This document shows, in pieces, positions 59,447 to 64,000 of a stretch of DNA of 64,000 nucleotides. The notes beneath the pieces are model-generated. The model was not told where the DNA came from, made no database searches, and saw only the letters and a list, made by a program, of their open reading frames with translations. A program made the position numbers and the translations under genes. Source of the DNA: an uncultured Anaerolineales bacterium (lineage in GTDB: Bacteria; Chloroflexota; Anaerolineae; B4-G1; SLSP01); NCBI GenBank assembly GCA_964530185.1, contig CAZHBB010000003.1, positions 13,563 through 77,562 of the forward strand, in the 5' to 3' direction. Within the stretch, counting starts at the first letter, position 1. Every line of letters starts with the position of its first letter.

Positions 59447-60436
59447 ATGAATCAGCCCAGGACACCCATAGCTGCACGTATCCCGGAGGCAAAGACACCA
59501 ACAGAGGAACTAAGGGCTATCCTCTCTCGCCTCGAGGCGCAGATCGGCAAGCTGGGAGTCACTCACCTTGATCATCCGGAGGAGATTCTGTTGCTCCTGG
59601 ATCAGGCGCGGGCACGCTTCACGGACCTCCGAGAGCGCGATGCGCAACTCATCCCAGAGCATACGCGCATGACCTCGATCGAGGAGCAACTCCACGGCAA
59701 GCGCCGACAGCTTCTGCGGGCCCTCGGCGGTGCCAGAACCCTCCAGGAACTCCGCGAGGCCCATCAACCACCCGAGGAGCACTGGTGGTGGTTCATTGAT
59801 GTTGCCCTGGCTCATGAACGACGTACCCGCCTGCGTCAAACAGCTCGGGGTGCCATCGTTGGCATCCTGATCTTGGGTGTCCTCACCGCAGCCTACCAGC
59901 TCTTCCTGGCACCTGACAAAGCCACACAGCAGCGGATGACCCATGAATTAGCCGCTGAGGAAGCACTGGGCGCGCAGGACTTCACAACAGCTCTTGAAGA
60001 GGTTGATATGGCCCTGACGCTGGCCCCGGGAGACAGCGACCTCCTCACGCTCAAAGGTGTTGCCCTGGCCCTGTCGGGGCAGGAGGTCGAGAGCGAAGGT
60101 GTCTTTGAGCAGGCCATACAGGCGGCAGGCGACCTGGAGATGTTTCACATCGCGCGGGCACGGTATTTCCTCATAGCCCACCGGCCCGAGCTCGCGTTGG
60201 AGGATGCCCGGTTGGCTATCAAGGCCAACCCGAAATCAGCAATGGCCTACTTCCAGATGGGAAATGCCTACGCAGAGCTGGGAAGGGTCCCCGAGGCCGC
60301 TGAAAGCTATGAGAGAGCCGCGGCACTGGCGCAGGAAGCCGGCGAGACTCAGCTAGAGGCCATGGCCCGTGTTCAGCTAGCTTATCTCTCGATGGTCCCC
60401 AGCTTACCCACAGGCACATCATCCCCCACTCCATAG
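59447..60436 (+). CDS. TPR-repeat protein with one transmembrane segment (hypothetical)
   Basis: One hydrophobic helix (GAIVGILILGVLTAAYQLFL) is followed by TPR-like repeats. Confidence 0.45.
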   Translation: MNQPRTPIAARIPEAKTPTEELRAILSRLEAQIGKLGVTHLDHPEEILLLLDQARARFTDLRERDAQLIPEHTRMTSIEEQLHGKRRQLLRALGGARTLQELREAHQPPEEHWWWFIDVALAHERRTRLRQTARGAIVGILILGVLTAAYQLFLAPDKATQQRMTHELAAEEALGAQDFTTALEEVDMALTLAPGDSDLLTLKGVALALSGQEVESEGVFEQAIQAAGDLEMFHIARARYFLIAHRPELALEDARLAIKANPKSAMAYFQMGNAYAELGRVPEAAESYERAAALAQEAGETQLEAMARVQLAYLSMVPSLPTGTSSPTP

Positions 60437-60641
60437 ACACTTGGGACCGTCCCAGGTGATCTAGTATCGTCTATCGTCGAGGCCGTTGGACGTTTCTCTT
60501 CCTCTCTCCAACAACACACCACAGCTCATCAGACAGCCGCCAACCGGCAGGCCGAGGCAGAGTCCATGTCACACCCGCCGCGAACTGCGGATAATGGCTT
60601 CATCGTCAGGGGGCCTGGGCAGGCCGAGCGTCCCTCCCCGC

Positions 60642-61412
60642 TTACCGCGCCATCCACCCCCCGTCCACCACCACGATCTCCCCGTGTACGTAACGTGAGG
60701 CCTCAGAGGCCAGAAAGACCGCCACACCCTTGAAATCCTCAGGCTTCCCCCAGTATCCAGCCGGGATCCGCTCCAGAATTTGCCGGCTACGGACTGGGTC
60801 ATGGCGCAGTGCCTCGGTGAGCTCGGTCGCAATATAGCCAGGAGCAATGGCGTTGACATTCACACCCTTGGCTGCCCATTCGTTGGCCAACGCCTTGGTC
60901 AACTGGCCGATCCCCCCCTTGCTGGCAGCATAGCCGGGCACCGTGATACCACCCTGGAAGGTAAGTAGCGAAGCAATGAATATGATCTTGCCCTGACCTC
61001 GCTTCACCATCTCGCGCCCGAACTCCCGTGCGAGGATGAACGGCGCATCCAGGTTGACGCTAGTGACGAGGTCCCAATCCTCATCGGAATGCTCGATGAC
61101 CGGCGCACGCCGAATCGTGCCCGCATTGTTGACCAGAATGTCGATCACGGGCACGTCCTGTTTGACCTGCCGGATGAAGGCATACAGTGCCTCCCGGTCA
61201 GCGAAATCACACTGGTAAGCGTAGAAGCGACGCCCTAACGCCGTAACCTGCTCCCCCACCTGGCTACCCGAGAGCGCCAAAGAGCGGCTCACTCCGACGA
61301 TATCTGCACCAGCCTCCGCCAGGCCAACCGCGATAGCCGCGCCAATACCCTGACGACACCCTGTCACCAATGCGATCTTGCCGTCGAGTCTGAAGGTCTC
61401 CAGAATCCCCAT
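60642..61412 (-). CDS. SDR family oxidoreductase (KduD/FabG-like)
   Basis: The TGxxxGIG Rossmann motif (LVTGCRQGIGAAIA), NNAG, and the catalytic S...YxxxK pattern are present in a 256-aa protein. Confidence 0.75.
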   Translation of the reverse strand: MGILETFRLDGKIALVTGCRQGIGAAIAVGLAEAGADIVGVSRSLALSGSQVGEQVTALGRRFYAYQCDFADREALYAFIRQVKQDVPVIDILVNNAGTIRRAPVIEHSDEDWDLVTSVNLDAPFILAREFGREMVKRGQGKIIFIASLLTFQGGITVPGYAASKGGIGQLTKALANEWAAKGVNVNAIAPGYIATELTEALRHDPVRSRQILERIPAGYWGKPEDFKGVAVFLASEASRYVHGEIVVVDGGWMAR

Positions 61413-61415
61413 GAC

Positions 61416-62447
61416 TCACCTCTCCTGTGCTCCAACGTCAATCAAGATCTTCATCACATCACCACCAGATTCCAACAGGCGAAACCCCTCAGCGATTCTG
61501 TCCAGAGGATAGACCGCCGAGATTAGCTGATCAAGCGGGAGATCCTCGCTGGCGGTCAGTTCAATTGCGCGCTCGAAGTCCTGGCGCTCATAGACCCGCG
61601 CACCACGCATCCTGAGCTCCCGCCACACGATTCGCATCAGATCCACCGGCGGAGGGTCTGATGCCAACCCCACGATAACTATGCGCCCACGGGTACGCGG
61701 CAACTGAGTCATGACCGCAGCGCCCGCTTTGGAGGCTGACACCTCGAACACCACATCCGCCCCCGCGCTCCCTGTACGCTCCTCAACCAGGGTTACGAGG
61801 TCCACCTCGAGGGGGTTGACCGCTTCCAAGCCCAGCGTGTGGGCAATCGCGACGCGACTCGGGTTAATCTCCGACACCAATACTCGGGCGCCATCGTGCT
61901 GCGCCACCAGCCCGATAAGGGTGCCGATAGGGCCACCCCCGATCACGACGACTGACTCACCTGCTGCGACCTCCCCGAGCCGGACGTCGTGGCATGCCAC
62001 GGCCAGCGGCTCGATCAAAGCAGCCCGCTTCAAGGAGATCTCTTCAGGCAACGGAAGGACAGCGTACTCTGGCACGACCCAGGCGCTTTGAAAAGCCCCC
62101 GGCGTGTCGATCCCTATGAACTTGAGGTTCATACAGATATGGCTGTGGCCTGCACGGCATGCAGGGCAGGTCCCGCATGGCTTCAAAGGCATAACCGTCA
62201 CCCTCTGCCCTACCCAGACACTCTCCACTCCTTCACCAACGGCACTGACCACGCCTGATGCCTCATGCCCCATAATCTGAGAGGGAGCAACACGCCAATC
62301 CATCCTGCCATGGTAGATGTGCAGGTCGGTCCCACAGATGCCCGCATAAGCCACCTGTATCTGCACCTCGCCTGGACCTGGCGGTTGCACCTCTGCCTTC
62401 CCCACCCGAATCACTCTGTTGCGTTCGTAGTATGCTGCTCTTGCCAT
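61416..62447 (-). CDS. Zinc-dependent medium-chain alcohol/polyol dehydrogenase (threonine/sorbitol dehydrogenase-like)
   Basis: GHEASGVV, a structural zinc Cys cluster (CGTCPACRAGHSHIC), and a GxGxxG Rossmann motif. Confidence 0.75.
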   Translation of the reverse strand: MARAAYYERNRVIRVGKAEVQPPGPGEVQIQVAYAGICGTDLHIYHGRMDWRVAPSQIMGHEASGVVSAVGEGVESVWVGQRVTVMPLKPCGTCPACRAGHSHICMNLKFIGIDTPGAFQSAWVVPEYAVLPLPEEISLKRAALIEPLAVACHDVRLGEVAAGESVVVIGGGPIGTLIGLVAQHDGARVLVSEINPSRVAIAHTLGLEAVNPLEVDLVTLVEERTGSAGADVVFEVSASKAGAAVMTQLPRTRGRIVIVGLASDPPPVDLMRIVWRELRMRGARVYERQDFERAIELTASEDLPLDQLISAVYPLDRIAEGFRLLESGGDVMKILIDVGAQER

Positions 62448-62750
62448 GGTCCTCGCTCCTTGTTCGTGGACGGAGTGCCTGCCACCAAGTCAAACAACCT
62501 CCGAGATATCGAAGACGTTGGGGTCTTCTGCCGAGACCAACCGCGTCCCGATCGACTCCCTGAAGGTTTGCCGCGACGACTTGGGATGGGGCCAGTCTAC
62601 AGCCGTTGCCCATCACCGTCAATAGAAAGTGGCAGACTCCAACCGTGGTTCATCGAAGGAGGATCAGAGGTCAGCGCGCCGCCGACTGCACCCTACTCGT
62701 TGCAGCGTCGGCCGAGGACGCTCATGCCAAGGCCTCTATCACAATGGAAC

Positions 62751-62793
62751 TTGACAATACCAAGAAGGGATGTTATAGTATTACATGTAATAC
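62751..62793 (+). promoter_or_regulatory. Consensus promoter (TTGACA-17-TATAGT) followed by the perfect 16-bp palindrome GTATTACATGTAATAC (candidate RHH operator)
   Basis: The palindrome overlaps the -10/+1 region, immediately upstream of the RBS of the first RHH gene. Confidence 0.5.
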
Positions 62794-62818
62794 ACTTACG
62801 GAAGGAGCTGTTACCATT

Positions 62819-63295
62819 ATGCCGGAGCACGAAGAGGTCCAGGTAGAGATCGAAGAGTCTGAGGAGGGCACAACCGCCCAGGTGGAGGTGGAGGTCACCC
62901 CTGCTGGCGACGCTGCGGATCAGTCAGAGGATAAGTCTGTGCGGGGTCGCACCACCAAGCAACTGAGGGAGGCCTTACGGCAAGCGGAGTCCTTCGCACA
63001 GGCGCTCAGTGAGGCGCTCCAGGGTCGGGGCAACGTCGTCATGGTCAGGGTCAACGATGAGGCATTGGTCCACCTTGATATGTTGGTTGAGGCGGAGATC
63101 ACCAAGAGCCGTTCCGAGAGCGCAGCTTTCCTGATCAGCGAAGGCATCAAAGCGAACCAGGCTCTGTTCGATAAGATCCGAGCTATCACTGAACAGATCA
63201 TGGAACTGCGCGAACAGCTTCGACGGGAAGTCGCCCTGACATCCGCCGAGGACGAGGCTGACGACGAAGAAAATACCCCATCACCGGTCGACTGA
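62819..63295 (+). CDS. Arc/MetJ-type ribbon-helix-helix (RHH) domain protein with an acidic N-terminal region (hypothetical regulator)
   Basis: The internal ATG is preceded by AAGGAG and sits downstream of a consensus promoter. The central VMVRVNDEALVHLDMLVEAEITKSRSESAAFLISEGIKA block resembles the Arc-type RHH (beta strand-helix-helix with a conserved RS). The ORF-track start at 62606 is unsupported. Confidence 0.45.
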   Translation: MPEHEEVQVEIEESEEGTTAQVEVEVTPAGDAADQSEDKSVRGRTTKQLREALRQAESFAQALSEALQGRGNVVMVRVNDEALVHLDMLVEAEITKSRSESAAFLISEGIKANQALFDKIRAITEQIMELREQLRREVALTSAEDEADDEENTPSPVD

Positions 63296-63327
63296 GAAAT
63301 ATGAGACTGCTCTGAGGAGAGTGAGGC

Positions 63328-63693
63328 ATGGTAGCGAAAGAGACACCACCAGAGGTTGTGGTCAACGATGGAAGAACCCACAAGGCCATTGAAATCGCGG
63401 CCGATATGGCCGACCGAGGGCTGAACGTGATCAAAGGGTTGGGTAACATGCTGCTGGACGCAGCCGAGGATGCATCGGGCTTGATGCTCCTGAGGGTGGA
63501 CCGCGATCTGCGATCAGCTCTTGATGTCTTAGTTGAGACAGGGGCCGCCGACAACCGTCGCGTGGCCGCGCGAGCACTGCTCAAGAAGGGGATAGAGGCT
63601 GAAAGCACCCTGTTCGAACGTATCCATCGGACCCACGCACAGATCGCCGATCTCAGACGGCAGATGCGAGATCTGGTCAAAGTTCAGGCCTGA
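63328..63693 (+). CDS. RHH-domain protein, paralogue of the upstream gene (hypothetical regulator)
   Basis: GAGGAG RBS. The block LMLLRVDRDLRSALDVLVETGAADNRRVAARALLKKGIEA aligns with the RHH block of the upstream protein, followed by a similar C-terminal helix. Confidence 0.45.
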   Translation: MVAKETPPEVVVNDGRTHKAIEIAADMADRGLNVIKGLGNMLLDAAEDASGLMLLRVDRDLRSALDVLVETGAADNRRVAARALLKKGIEAESTLFERIHRTHAQIADLRRQMRDLVKVQA

Positions 63694-63723
63694 CAGCAAT
63701 CACTGCTGGCAATACTCATACAG

Positions 63724-63770
63724 CCACACTGCACATAGACTCAATGTCTACGTGCAGTGTGGTGTTTTTC
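63724..63770 (+). terminator. Intrinsic terminator downstream of the second RHH gene
   Basis: A 17-bp stem (CCACACTGCACATAGAC / GTCTACGTGCAGTGTGG, one mismatch) is followed by TGTTTTTC. Confidence 0.55.
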
Positions 63771-63953
63771 CCAGGTGCCCCAAGAGAACCACGATGTAGC
63801 CATATTCTTTAAGCGACTATCCCTTAAATTTGACAAAACTAAAGATGTATGGGTAATTATTGAGGGAATTACCCAAAACCATTTCGTGCATAGACGAGCT
63901 GCGCGGCGCATGCGGGAACCGCCAGGAGACCTTCTAGTCGCGAAGGAGCCACC

Positions 63954-64000
63954 ATGTCCCCCAAAAAAGACCGTCCCACTGGATTCACTGCTTTCATCGT
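63954..64000 (+). CDS. 5' end of an unidentified CDS (continues beyond the window)
   Basis: A GAAGGAG RBS is followed by ATG (MSPKKDRPTGFTAFI...). Only 15 codons are visible. Confidence 0.2.
   Translation, partial: MSPKKDRPTGFTAFI

Noticed and set aside
1-64000. CRISPR arrays, rRNA or tRNA genes, and IS elements or transposases
   Set aside because: I saw no regularly spaced direct repeats, no cloverleaf-compatible 70-90-nt segments with flanking promoter/terminator context, and no transposase- or integrase-like ORFs. tRNA detection by eye is unreliable, so a tRNAscan run would be needed to be certain.

Overview
This is a high-GC (about 60%) bacterial chromosomal segment with tightly packed, often translationally coupled genes and GGAGG-type ribosome-binding sites. 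The gene content suggests a Chloroflexota-like monoderm, but that is inference only. No rRNA, tRNA, CRISPR array, or transposase/integrase gene was recognised.

Core genes that are well supported:
- Translation and transcription: metG, the sigma-70 gene sigA, dtd, rluD, dksA/traR, yceD.
- Lipid and isoprenoid metabolism: acpS, acpP, type-2 IPP isomerase, a polyprenyl synthase.
- Central and stress functions: clpB, pfkA, lspA, ugd, ltaE, rubrerythrin, an FGGY sugar kinase, and a CbiM(-PDGLE)/CbiQ/CbiO ECF cobalt/nickel transporter.

Accessory features of interest:
- Five large GT-C-fold (ArnT/PMT-like) membrane glycosyltransferases. Three carry internally repeated C-terminal domains and one is fused to an NHL beta-propeller.
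- A secreted cohesin/dockerin protein adjacent to a cohesin/LysM protein.
- An N-terminal thioredoxin fused to a VKOR domain.
- A nitrilase-superfamily protein lacking the catalytic Cys.
- A divergent DprA-like protein after acpS-dtd.
- Tandem RpiR/MurR regulators.
- Two B12-binding-domain proteins, one fused to a large uncharacterised domain and coupled to an opine-dehydrogenase-family gene.
- An SDR pseudogene carrying an in-frame TGG-to-TAG change.
- A terminal pair of paralogous Arc-like ribbon-helix-helix (RHH) proteins behind a consensus promoter with a perfect 16-bp palindrome, followed by a lower-GC stretch.

Gene starts were refined where a GGAGG-type RBS supported an internal start. 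All coordinates for short motifs are approximate to within 1-2 nt.
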